Assembly (NCBI GenBank): GCA_963840545.1
Contig: CAWIZE010000006.1
Span: 315,682 to 379,681, forward strand
Length of the DNA stretch: 64,000 nt
Source of the DNA: an uncultured Pseudomonadota bacterium
Lineage (GTDB): Bacteria; Pseudomonadota; Alphaproteobacteria; Acetobacterales; Acetobacteraceae
Direction of reading: 5' to 3'
Made by a program: the position numbers and the translations under genes. Positions 9,205 through 17,662 of the stretch are shown here, piece after piece. Under the pieces are notes generated by a model, which had not been told where the DNA came from, ran no database searches, and was given only the letters and a program-made list of their open reading frames with translations. Positions within the stretch are counted from its first letter, which is position 1, and each line of letters starts with the position of its first letter.

Positions 9205-10551
9205 ATGCGCATCCGCAGCGTCCTCGCCGGCGTCGCCGCAGCGCTCATCCCATGCACGCTCGCGCTCGCGCTCGCCGCCATGCTCGCCGCGCCCGCCGCC
9301 CACGCGCAATCACCCACCACCCCCACCAGCCCCGCCTTCAACTGGCAAAAATACAACGGCGAGAAAGTCAGCTTCCTCAACGAGAACAATCCCTGGTGGA
9401 ACGAGCTCCGCCCCTACCTCCCCGAGTTCGAAAAACTCACCGGCATCAGGGTCCAGGTCGTCACCTTCCAGGAACAGCAGATGCGCCAGCGCCTGGTGAC
9501 GATCCTCCAATCGCAGAGCGACGAGGTCGACGCCTTCATGTCCCTCACCTCGCTCGAAGGCGCGCTCTACGCCCATGCCGGCTGGTACGCGGCGCTCGGC
9601 CCGCTCCTCCAATCCGCAACCGCGCCCGGCTATGACCTCGCGGACTTCAGCCCCGCCCTCGTCAAGGGCGAAACCTATGGCGGCGAGCTCATCGGCATTC
9701 CGCTGAACATCGAGGGGCCGGTCGTCTATTACCGCACGGACGTCTTCAGGAAATGCGGTATCGCGCCGCCGAAAACCCTGGCCGAGCTGACCGCCGCCGC
9801 CGCGAAAATAAAATCCTGCGAGCCGCACATGATCCCCTGGGTCACCCGCGGCCTGGCCCCCGCGCTCCCCTACACCTTCAGCAACGTGCTGCATAATTTC
9901 GCCGCCGACTATTTCGACGCCGCCGGCAGGCCCGATCTCTGCGCCCCCGCCGGCGTTGCCGCCATCGCCTGGTACGCGGACATGCTCAGGAAATACGGCC
10001 CGCCCGGCGCCGTGAATTACAGCTTCGTCCAGATCGCCGATCTCTACGGCCAGGGCCGCGCCGCCATGGCCTTCGAATCGAGCAACGAATTCACCCCCAT
10101 CATGGGCTCGCCCGGCCGCAGCGCCGATACCGGCCTGATGCTGCTCCCGCCCGGCCCGGGCGGCTCGAAGCCCACCGTCATCGGCTGGGGCCTCTCGATG
10201 TCCGCCTTCTCGAAACACCAGCCCGCCACCTGGTATCTCATGCAGTGGGCGACCAGCCCGGCGATGGAAGCGCGGCTGGCGCTCCGCGGCATCGCCCCGC
10301 CCCGCGCCTCGGTCGCCGCCTCGCCCGCCTACAAATCCTGGCTCGCCGCACTCCCCGCCCGCCGGCAATGGCAGGGCCTCATCGCCGAGCTCGCCGCCGA
10401 GGGCACGAGCGAGGTCGGCCCGCCGATCGATCGCCAGCCCCAGGCGCGCCAGATCATCGGCGAGGCGATCGACAGCGTCCTGCTCGGCCAGTCGAGCGCG
10501 AAGGCGGCCGCCTGCCACGCCGATACCGAGATCACGGCGATGCTCCACTGA
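9205..10551 (+). CDS. ABC transporter substrate-binding protein (sugar, solute-binding family 1)
   Basis: Signal peptide ending AAHAQ. Size and composition are typical of CUT1 binding proteins. Two MalF/MalG-type permease genes follow. Confidence 0.8.
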   Translation: MRIRSVLAGVAAALIPCTLALALAAMLAAPAAHAQSPTTPTSPAFNWQKYNGEKVSFLNENNPWWNELRPYLPEFEKLTGIRVQVVTFQEQQMRQRLVTILQSQSDEVDAFMSLTSLEGALYAHAGWYAALGPLLQSATAPGYDLADFSPALVKGETYGGELIGIPLNIEGPVVYYRTDVFRKCGIAPPKTLAELTAAAAKIKSCEPHMIPWVTRGLAPALPYTFSNVLHNFAADYFDAAGRPDLCAPAGVAAIAWYADMLRKYGPPGAVNYSFVQIADLYGQGRAAMAFESSNEFTPIMGSPGRSADTGLMLLPPGPGGSKPTVIGWGLSMSAFSKHQPATWYLMQWATSPAMEARLALRGIAPPRASVAASPAYKSWLAALPARRQWQGLIAELAAEGTSEVGPPIDRQPQARQIIGEAIDSVLLGQSSAKAAACHADTEITAMLH

Positions 10552-10598
10552 CCGGCGCGCTCCCGGCCGCGCTCCCGGCCGCGCGCCCGGGCGCTGCC

Positions 10599-11489
10599 AT
10601 GCCCGCGCGCCCGCGTCGCAGCCGGCCGCGTCGCCCCGCCCGCCACAATTTCCGCTGGATGCTGCTGCCCGCCGCCCTCTTCGTCGCCGTGATGATCGGC
10701 TTTCCCTTCCTCGATACGCTCTGGCTCAGCCACTTCTCGTTCCATTTCGGCTCCGCCGCGCACCCGATCGGCCTCGGCAACTACGCAGCCCTGCTCCGCG
10801 ACGGCGAATTCTGGAACGGCCTCAAAGTCACTTTTCTCCTCTATGTCCTGGCCTTGGCGCTCCAGCTCGCCGCCGGCCTCTACCTCGCGCTCCTCCTCAA
10901 CCGCCTCCGCCGCTTCCGCCGCCTGCTTCGCACGCTGCTCGTCTCGCCTTTCGTCATGCCGAGCGTCGTCGTCGGCATGATGTGGCTGGTCATCTTCGAT
11001 CCCACGATCGGCCTCGCGAACTGGGTTCTTGCCCTCTTCGGCATCCCGCCCGCGCTCTGGCTCGCCTCGCCCACCTGGGTCATCCCGACAATCGCCCTGA
11101 TCGACAGCTGGCAATGGGCGCCCTTCGTCGCCCTCATCCTCCTGGCCGGCCTGCAATCGCTCCCGGCCGACGTCTACGAAGCCGCCGCCATCGACGGCGC
11201 CTCCGGCTTTTCTCTCCTTCGCCGCATCACGCTGCCCCTTCTCGCGCCGAGCCTGCTCGCCGCCGCCATCCTCCGCAGCGTCGATCTGCTGCGCTTCTTC
11301 GACATCATCTACATCACCACCCAGGGCGGCCCCGGCAACGCCTCCGATACGCTCAACATCTACGCCTTTCGCCAGGGCTTCGTGTTCCTCGATATCGGCT
11401 ACGCCTGCGCGCTGATGGTGGCGCTCACCGCCGTCGTCGTTGGCGTCGTCCTCGCCCTCACCCGCCTCCGCCGCGTGCTCGCATGGTGA
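10599..11489 (+). CDS. sugar ABC transporter permease (MalF-like)
   Basis: Six TM segments. EAA-loop context YEAAAIDGASGFSLLRRITLPLL. Start at ATG 10599, just after the binding-protein stop. Confidence 0.85.
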   Translation: MPARPRRSRPRRPARHNFRWMLLPAALFVAVMIGFPFLDTLWLSHFSFHFGSAAHPIGLGNYAALLRDGEFWNGLKVTFLLYVLALALQLAAGLYLALLLNRLRRFRRLLRTLLVSPFVMPSVVVGMMWLVIFDPTIGLANWVLALFGIPPALWLASPTWVIPTIALIDSWQWAPFVALILLAGLQSLPADVYEAAAIDGASGFSLLRRITLPLLAPSLLAAAILRSVDLLRFFDIIYITTQGGPGNASDTLNIYAFRQGFVFLDIGYACALMVALTAVVVGVVLALTRLRRVLAW

Positions 11490-11496
11490 GGCGCCC

Positions 11497-12324
11497 ATGG
11501 TGAAATCAAGGCTCACCGCCCGCGCGCTCGGCATGCTCGACACCGCCCAGCTGCTCCTCGTGGCCCTCGTCGTCCTCGCACCGATCCTCTGGATGATCAC
11601 GGCGAGCCTCAAGAACCCGAACGCGGTCACGGCCTATCCGCCGCAATTTTTCTTCAGCCCCACCCTCCGCAATTACGCAACTCTCCTGCGCGCCATGCCT
11701 TTCGCCCGCGACGCCCTGAACAGCGTCGTCATCGCCTCGGGCGCGACCCTCCTCGGCATCATCCTCGGCGTCCCCGCCGCCTTCGCGATCTCGTGGAACC
11801 GCCTCAACTGGCCCGCCGTCACCCTCCTCGCCGCCCGCATGGCCCCCGGCGCGCTCTTCCTCCTTCCCTGGTACGTGATGTTCTCCCGCATCCACGCGAT
11901 CGGCGATTTCTGGGTCCTCATCGTCACCCACGCCGTCATCACCCTCCCGCTCGCCCTCTGGACCATGCTTCCGGCGCTCGATGCGCTGCCCCGCTCCCTC
12001 GTCGAAGCGGCGATGATCGACGGCGCCGGCGATTTTTCTCTCCTTCTCCGCATCGTCTGCCCGCTGGTCGCCCCGGCGCTCGCGGTCAGCACCATCCTCT
12101 GCTTCGTCTTCACCTGGAATTACTTTCTCTTTGCCCTCGTCCTCTCGGGTTTTTCCTCCACCCCGCTCGTCGTCGCCGCCTTCAACTTCGTGGGCGAGGG
12201 CGTCACCGACTGGGGCGCGCTGATGGCCGCCGCGACCCTCATCGCCCTGCCGCCCGTCCTCCTCACCTTCCTCGTGCAGCGCCAGCTCACCGCCGGCCTC
12301 GCCGCCGGCGCCGTCAAAGGCTGA
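11497..12324 (+). CDS. sugar ABC transporter permease (MalG-like)
   Basis: EAA loop VEAAMIDGAGDFSLLLRIVCPLV. Start at MVKSRL (ATG 11497). Confidence 0.85.
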   Translation: MVKSRLTARALGMLDTAQLLLVALVVLAPILWMITASLKNPNAVTAYPPQFFFSPTLRNYATLLRAMPFARDALNSVVIASGATLLGIILGVPAAFAISWNRLNWPAVTLLAARMAPGALFLLPWYVMFSRIHAIGDFWVLIVTHAVITLPLALWTMLPALDALPRSLVEAAMIDGAGDFSLLLRIVCPLVAPALAVSTILCFVFTWNYFLFALVLSGFSSTPLVVAAFNFVGEGVTDWGALMAAATLIALPPVLLTFLVQRQLTAGLAAGAVKG

Positions 12325-12386
12325 ACCCCAGCCGCCGCCCGCCCCGCGCGCGACCGGCGCCGGAACAGCCCCGGCCAATGTCCGCC

Positions 12387-12785
12387 TCAAGCGGCCTTGG
12401 TTGCGATGAAACGCGATAGAGCCGAGCGCATATCCGAAAAGAGAGCCGCCCCGAAAATACCCGTGCCACGATAATAATAAGTGGCTCCTGAATCCGAATC
12501 GACGACGGCCGACAAATGCGATCGCCGCCATTTCTGGCGGGGCTTTGCCATGGCAAAGGCGATCAACGCTTGGTCCGGGTTTTTTGTCACCACGACCGGA
12601 ATGGTCATGTAGCCACCCAGCCATAATGACGAAAAAGGCAGCTGCTTCCGCTTGCTGTAATATTCTCCTGCAGCCAGCAAATTGGCCAAATCGTCGGCCT
12701 CCGCGTTCTCAACCTCGGAGACCACAAGAGTCTGCGAGATGATGCTTATCGCCTTCCAGGCCACATAGAGTCCGCGATGCCACAA
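12387..12785 (-). CDS. hypothetical protein (AT-richer, no recognisable family)
   Basis: 132-aa ORF with a TTG start in a locally lower-GC stretch. I recognise no motif. Confidence 0.4.
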   Translation of the reverse strand: MWHRGLYVAWKAISIISQTLVVSEVENAEADDLANLLAAGEYYSKRKQLPFSSLWLGGYMTIPVVVTKNPDQALIAFAMAKPRQKWRRSHLSAVVDSDSGATYYYRGTGIFGAALFSDMRSALSRFIATKAA

Positions 12786-12942
12786 TTTCCGGGGTGACCC
12801 TTACTGTTTTCCAGCCGGATCCCGTCTTGGAGCCCTCCGGATCTGCCTTGACGCGAACCGATATCTCGACATTCCGAGCGACGTCATAGTTTCCCCGGCG
12901 CAGGCGTTGATCGATGGCGGTGACAAGGGACGAACCGGTCAT
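12709..12942 (-). CDS. hypothetical short protein, overlapping and possibly once fused to the 12387..12785 ORF
   Basis: Internal Met MTGSSLVTAIDQRLRRGNYDV... The frame differs by one nucleotide from the downstream ORF and overlaps it by 77 nt. Confidence 0.3.
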   Translation of the reverse strand: MTGSSLVTAIDQRLRRGNYDVARNVEISVRVKADPEGSKTGSGWKTVRVTPEIVASRTLCGLEGDKHHLADSCGLRG

Positions 12943-13170
12943 AGAAGCGGTCTCCCGAACCGACGGCGACGCCGTCGACGTTCGGGGAACGCTACCCCCC
13001 GCTCCGCGCGCCCGGCAACCTCCGTCCTGCCTTTCCCCGATGGTTCGCGATTTCGTGTACCCTTGCGGCGATTCCGCCCGCCCGCTCACCAGGCCCCGGC
13101 GCTGCCCCACCTTGCGGACTCCCATCCGACCAAATATATACCCCAATCTATACACACCATCGAGAGCCCC

Positions 13171-13440
13171 ATGCCGGAAACCCGCAAGGCAAAGCTGTTC
13201 CGCAACGGCGCCAGCCAGGCCGTGCGCCTGCCGGCCGAGTTCCGCTTCGAGGGCAGCGAGGTCTACGCCACGCGTGACGAGCAGTCCGGGGACGTGACGC
13301 TCTCCACGCGCCCGGGCGCGCGCGCCTGGGGCGAGTTCTTCGCCCTCATGCGCACCATCGACGTGCCGGCGGACTTCATGTCCGAGCGTCCGATGAACGT
13401 CCCGCCCGAGGAGCGCGGGTTGTTCTCCGACGCCGGATGA
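13171..13440 (+). CDS. vapB: type II antitoxin, VapB (AbrB/SpoVT-fold)
   Basis: MPETRKAKLFRNGASQAVRLPAEFRF is the classic SpoVT/AbrB swapped-hairpin N-terminus. There is a 4-bp overlap with the downstream PIN gene. Confidence 0.85.
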   Translation: MPETRKAKLFRNGASQAVRLPAEFRFEGSEVYATRDEQSGDVTLSTRPGARAWGEFFALMRTIDVPADFMSERPMNVPPEERGLFSDAG

Positions 13441-13853
13441 CGGTGCCGCTCCATCTGCTGGATACCGACATCGCGAGCTTCGTCATCAAGGCCCGCTCGC
13501 CCGCGATCGAGGCGCGCCTCGCCGCCATTCCCCCGGACCGCGTCTGCCTCTCAGCCGTTACCCGTGCAGAACTGATGTACGGCCTCAAGCGGCTGGCGCC
13601 GTCGCATCGGCTGCATGTCGGCGTGCATCAATTCCTCAAGCTCGTCCACGCCCTCGCGTGGGATTCCGACGCCGCCGACTGCTATGCCGACATCCGCCAT
13701 CGCCTGACCACCACCGGCCAGCCGATCGGCGAGATGGCCATGATGATCGCCGCCCATGCGCTTTCCGCCGGCGCCGTTCTGCTCACCAGCAACACCCGTC
13801 ACTTCGCGCGCCTCACGCCACCGCTGGTGCTGCTGAACTGGAACGAAACCTAG
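13437..13853 (+). CDS. vapC: type II toxin, VapC (PIN domain)
   Basis: LLDTDI..., TRAELMYG, ...MIAAHA and LLTSNTRHF are PIN/VapC landmarks. Confidence 0.85.
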   Translation: MTVPLHLLDTDIASFVIKARSPAIEARLAAIPPDRVCLSAVTRAELMYGLKRLAPSHRLHVGVHQFLKLVHALAWDSDAADCYADIRHRLTTTGQPIGEMAMMIAAHALSAGAVLLTSNTRHFARLTPPLVLLNWNET

Positions 13854-14249
13854 CGCGGCCCTTCCGACCGAAGGCCGCGCGTCTCCGGCAGAGCTTGGGC
13901 CATTCACCGCACACCAGCGGCCGACGGCCGCTGGCTCGATCCGGTCAGGTCGCTGACGGATTGGACCGGATAGATCGTTGACAGGTCTGTTGCACGGCGA
14001 GAAGGGCCCCGCCGATGCCTTGGAGCGAGACCTGCGCGATGGACGAGCGGATGCGATTTACTGTTGCGGCGAGCGCGCGCTCGTCGGATCGGGGTGCCGC
14101 CCTCAATCCTCCATCCGTCGCAAGCCGCGCGAGCCGCCAACCGCCCAAGAGAGAGCGGCGCAGAGCGCAGGGTCCATCTTTCCCTCGCCCGCTCTCACGC
14201 CAAACCCGGTCCGCCGCCCCTGAGTGAGGCCTCGCCCTCGCCGCCGTGC

Positions 14250-14942
14250 TCAGGAGGGCACGGCGGCGAGGATCTCATCGGCACTGCCGATCGCCCGATC
14301 CATGCATCCGAGGAACCATCCGAGCCACGGCGTGATGTCGAGATCGCCCCGCTGCGTCGCTTCCAGCCTTTCATAATACGCGTCGCGCTCGCGACGGATC
14401 TGCGCCGACATGCTGTAGAACCGCTGGGAGCTCCGTTCGCTCTGCGCAAGCATCATGTCGGCGATCGCCCGCGCGATCCGCCCGTTGCCGTCGTCGAACG
14501 GATGAACCGTCACGAACCGGAGATGAGCCACCCCCGCCTTCAGCACCGGATCGATCGGCGGGGCGCCGTTGAACCAATCGAGAAACGCGCACATCTCCCG
14601 ATCGAGGCGCCCGGCTTCCGGAGCCTGGGAGTGGGCCCGCTCCCGCCCGACCGGCCCGGAAACGACCTGCATCGGCCCGGCGCGGTCGTCCCGCCATGCC
14701 CCCACCCTGCCGCCGCGCGCGGTCGGGGAAAGCGCGGCGTGCCAGTCGAACAGCCGCTCCGCGGTCAGCGTCTCCGCATATCCCTGGGTCGCGTCGAGCA
14801 TCATCTCGACCACGCCCTCCACGGTCCGGTCCGCCAGGGCGCCGATATCCATCCCGAGGCGGGCGATCGCGACGGCTCCGATAACCTGTTGATAACGCCT
14901 GGAGGGCGCCATTGGCGTCTTTTTATTGCAATTGGGCGCCAT
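14250..14942 (-). pseudogene. Fic/DOC-family protein, 5'-truncated (DUF4172-type N-terminus missing)
   Basis: Fic motif HPFDDGNGRIARA. Similarity to the long Fic family starts only at about RRYQQVIGAVAIARLGMD. The ORF start overlaps the promoter/start region of the divergent higB-like gene. Confidence 0.65.
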
Positions 14943-14948
14943 TGGCGT
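14904..14948 (+). promoter_or_regulatory. two direct copies of GGGCGCCATTGGCGT (each with the palindrome CGCCA-T-TGGCG), candidate operator/promoter of the higBA-like pair
   Basis: Copies at 14904-14918 and 14934-14948. TTGCAA-N16-TATATT spans the second copy, just upstream of ATG 14960. Confidence 0.45.
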
Positions 14949-14959
14949 ATATTCCGAGG

Positions 14960-15304
14960 ATGCCGAGCGTTCCTCTCGCCGTCATTGAGACGCCGCAATT
15001 TCTGCGGCAAGCCGAAGACGTATGGACGGAGGCCGAGCGGCAGGAATTCGTGGATTACATCGCCCGCAACCCGGAGGTGGGTGACTTAGTCCCGGAGACG
15101 GGTGGCGTTCGCAAGGTGCGCTGGCGCCGCCAGGGGACAGGCAAGCAGGGCGGGGTGCGGGTGATCTACTTTTATTACAACGCGGTGACGCCGCTGTTCC
15201 TGCTCATGGTCTACGCCAAGGCTGTGCGCGAGGATGTAGCGCCCGAGGCGAAAAAGGCGTTGGCGGAATTCGCGGCACGCATCAAGCGCGCCGTGCGTGG
15301 ATGA
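14960..15304 (+). CDS. RelE/HigB-like type II toxin
   Basis: GGVRKVRWRRQGTGKQGGVRVIYFYY....LFLLMVYAKAVREDV matches the HigB-2/RelE-like family pattern. The toxin-first gene order is HigBA-like. Confidence 0.7.
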   Translation: MPSVPLAVIETPQFLRQAEDVWTEAERQEFVDYIARNPEVGDLVPETGGVRKVRWRRQGTGKQGGVRVIYFYYNAVTPLFLLMVYAKAVREDVAPEAKKALAEFAARIKRAVRG

Positions 15305-15319
15305 GGCGAGGAGGGCGAG

Positions 15320-15610
15320 ATGAACAGGTTCAGCCGTGATCTGGTGCAGGGCATGGAGGAAGCCGCCGCCTTCGCGGAAGGCAAGAAGGCTGGCGCGCGC
15401 GTGCACGTCGTCGCAGTGCCCGACGTGCGCGCCATCCGGCAGCGGCTTCACATGTCGCAACAGCGCTTCGCCGAGACCTACCGCATTCCGCTTCCGACGC
15501 TGAAAAACTGGGAGCAGGGGCGCCGCGCACCGGACGCGCCTGCCGCTGCCTACCTGCAAGCCATCTCGCGCCAGCCGAAGGCCATCAAGGAGGCGCTACA
15601 GCATGGATGA
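15320..15610 (+). CDS. HTH (XRE-type) antitoxin partner
   Basis: VRAIRQRLHMSQQRFAETYRIPLPTLKNWEQGRRAPD is a typical XRE HTH. The gene starts 16 nt downstream of the toxin. Confidence 0.75.
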   Translation: MNRFSRDLVQGMEEAAAFAEGKKAGARVHVVAVPDVRAIRQRLHMSQQRFAETYRIPLPTLKNWEQGRRAPDAPAAAYLQAISRQPKAIKEALQHG

Positions 15611-16056
15611 TCGGCTGTGATGCGGCCAGCTAAGATACCCGTGCGGGTCGTGTCTCGCCGAGTGGTGTAGGAGCTGCGGGTCAGTGGCCCGCCGGAGCGA
15701 CCGCCGAGAGCCTGGCGGAGGCGGGCTGTCCAGCGACATCCGGAAGTCATCCCCCGGCGACACGAGGAACTGACCCCGGTGCGGCTTGCTGCCCGGCCAG
15801 CGGTGTTTCTCTGTTCGGCTGAGCGAGGCGGTTTCCCCATCCCGGCCTGGTCTGGGCAAGGCGTCGCGCGCAGCCGCGGTCAAGCATGGCCGAAGGCCAC
15901 CGGCGGAGCCGGCGCGCGGAGGCCGAGGGCATCACTCAGAAGCAGGTGATGACCCGAGCCCTCGCTGCGGCGGGGCTTCCGGTCGATCCGCCTGATCTGG
16001 AAGATCGGACACCGCGGCGGCGCAGAGCTCCCTGGCGATTTCAGCTTGCCCTACTA

Positions 16057-16071
16057 TATCACGGAGTGATA
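16057..16071. promoter_or_regulatory. palindrome TATCAC-GGA-GTGATA, candidate TA operator
   Basis: A perfect 6-bp inverted repeat ending 6 nt upstream of the GTG start at 16077. Confidence 0.35.
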
Positions 16072-16076
16072 GAAAC

Positions 16077-16448
16077 GTGCCCGTTCGCTTGCTGAAAGAC
16101 CCCGAGTTCGATCGCTGGGCGCGCAAGGTGGGCTTGATGGATCAGGCGCTTCGAGCCGCCGCGGACGAGATTGAGAAGGGCCTCATCGATGCCCGCCTGG
16201 GGGGTTCCCTGGTCAAGAAGCGGGTGGCGCGGCCTGGACGCGGCAAGAGAGGCGGATATCGAACGATCCTGGCGCACCGGCAGGGGGTGCGACTGATCTT
16301 CCTCCACGGCTTCGCCAAGAACGAGACGGACAATATCACCAAGAGGGAGCGCCTGGCGCTTCTGGCTCTTGGTGATGAGGTACATGGGCCATGCCGAGCA
16401 GGTCATCGACGAGCTGGTGGCCAAGCAATTGCTTATCGAGGTGTGTGA
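16077..16448 (+). CDS. RelE/ParE-superfamily toxin (COG4737-like), C-terminus possibly frameshifted
   Basis: F.RWA.K.GL.D..L....EIEKGLIDARLGGSLVKKRVARPGRGKRGGYRTILAHR....IFLHGFAKNETDNIT matches the family pattern. The stop overlaps the antitoxin ATG (GTGATGA). Confidence 0.7.
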   Translation: MPVRLLKDPEFDRWARKVGLMDQALRAAADEIEKGLIDARLGGSLVKKRVARPGRGKRGGYRTILAHRQGVRLIFLHGFAKNETDNITKRERLALLALGDEVHGPCRAGHRRAGGQAIAYRGV

Positions 16449-16750
16449 TGAGCCGGATCCTGAAGAACGTCCACGCATCGGCCAAGCGCCTGCATGATGC
16501 GGGATACATGGATGCAATCACCATGCGCGAGTTTGACGCGCTGTGTCTGCCACCGTTGCACGACTATTCCCCGGCGCAGGTGCGTCGCGTCCGCGAGCGG
16601 ACCAAGGCGAGCCAAGCCGTTTTCGCTGCCGTTCTGAACGTCGGCGCCACTACGGTCGCCGCGTGGGAACAGGGCACCAAGAAGCCGTCTGGCGCCGCCG
16701 TGAAGTTGCTCGATCTGGTGGAGCGCAAGGGGCTGGGAGCGCTCGCTTAA
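16448..16750 (+). CDS. HTH antitoxin (COG2944/NadS-like)
   Basis: TMREFDALCLPPLHDYSPAQVRRVRERTKASQAVFAAVLNVGATTVAAWEQGTKKPSGAAVKLLDLVERKG matches the family pattern. Confidence 0.8.
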   Translation: MSRILKNVHASAKRLHDAGYMDAITMREFDALCLPPLHDYSPAQVRRVRERTKASQAVFAAVLNVGATTVAAWEQGTKKPSGAAVKLLDLVERKGLGALA

Positions 16751-16868
16751 GCGGGCGGGAAAGGGAGTGGAGGGGGAGGAGCAGGGCCCAGAACTTGTCC
16801 CCTCGGGGATTTGCGCATCCCTGTTATTCTGGCTGTATGAACAAATCTTCCGCGAGCGCCTTGAGCGT

Positions 16869-17056
16869 GTCAATCGGCGCGCAAATTCGATCTCGTCCAG
16901 CGTAGGCCAAAATGCTCTGATATTGTGGGGTTTTCGAAAACCTCGAGGGGTCGGGAGCGGCGTCGAACGTCGAGCCCGGCGATCAGCCGATTCGTCGAAG
17001 ATCACCAACGCATTGGAGGTGCTTCGGGACGGGGTCGATTTTGGGCGCCGATTGAC
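16869..17056. mobile_element. MITE-like element, copy 1 (188 bp, ~30-bp terminal inverted repeats)
   Basis: Left end GTCAATCGGCGCGCAAATTCGATCTCGTCC. The right end reverse-complements to GTCAATCGGCGCCCAAAATCGACCCCGTCC. It is about 85% identical to the copy at 18735..18923. Confidence 0.75.
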
Positions 17057-17212
17057 AGTCAATGCAATCTCGGGCCAACCGGCCTATGCGGGAAGCTGAG
17101 CGGCAGCTCCGGCTTCACGGTCTGGGCGCTCAAGCAGGGCAAGCCTCACCCGATGCGCTGCGCTGCGATCGCCGAGGCGGCCCGGCTCTGCATCCGGGCC
17201 TGACGGCTCGGC

Positions 17213-17662
17213 CTATCGCGGGGCATGCGCCTGGCGGCCGCGGGCCGGCGCGGTCGTGTCCTGGCGGGCCCTGAGAACGGCTAGGGCAGCAGGATCGTGG
17301 TCGAGCAGAGCAAGTGCGCTGCCAACGGCTCGGCTCGGAAGCAGGTCGCCCGTCTCGTATTTCTGAAAGGCGCGCGGGCCGCCACCGATCAATTGCCCGG
17401 CCTGCTCCTGGGTCAGGCGGAGCTTCTTGCGGATGCGGCGAATCTCTGCCGGATCGAGGAGACCTTCGGTCCGCGCCTTTAGCCGGTTAAGCGCCCGATC
17501 GGATAGCTTCATGTCCGCGCCGGTGTGGATGCTCTCTTCGGACGCATCGCAATACCAGCCCGGCATCTGGAAGGTGATGCTTTCGCCCTTGTAGGTCAGC
17601 GTCATCGGGCGCTCGTCCCGGTGCATTGGCGCTCCCGTTGCGGGGCAAACGGGATCAGTCAT
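17213..17662 (-). CDS. mqsA: type II antitoxin MqsA (zinc-ribbon-like N-terminus plus HTH)
   Basis: EIRRIRKKLRLTQEQAGQLIGGGPRAFQKYETGDLLPSRAV forms the HTH. The N-terminal ribbon retains only 2 of the 4 usual Cys. It overlaps the mqsR stop by 8 nt. Confidence 0.85.
   Translation of the reverse strand: MTDPVCPATGAPMHRDERPMTLTYKGESITFQMPGWYCDASEESIHTGADMKLSDRALNRLKARTEGLLDPAEIRRIRKKLRLTQEQAGQLIGGGPRAFQKYETGDLLPSRAVGSALALLDHDPAALAVLRARQDTTAPARGRQAHAPR

Noticed and set aside
12325-12386. Missing ATPase gene after the two sugar permeases as evidence that the island truncated the operon
   Set aside because: CUT1-type sugar ABC operons frequently lack their own ATPase and use a shared MsiK/UgpC-like protein. 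Its absence alone is not evidence of truncation.
13854-14249. 396-bp gap between vapC and the Fic remnant with several 60-80-aa ORFs on both strands
   Set aside because: All are Arg/Ala/Pro-rich, mutually overlapping and without motifs. The gap is treated as non-coding or debris.
15886-16095. 69-aa ORF with ...RRAEAEGITQKQVMTRALAAAGLPV..., resembling the end of an RHH/CopG-type antitoxin
   Set aside because: Only a short stretch is suggestive. There is no convincing N-terminal beta-strand region, RBS or partner gene. It is possibly debris of another TA module but cannot be supported.
16433-17062. ORFs crossing the MITE copies (16433..17062 minus, 16767..17099 plus, 18561..19226 plus, 18720..19325 minus)
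   Set aside because: The two repeat copies differ by indels, so no reading frame is conserved between them. The terminal inverted repeats explain the sequence better.
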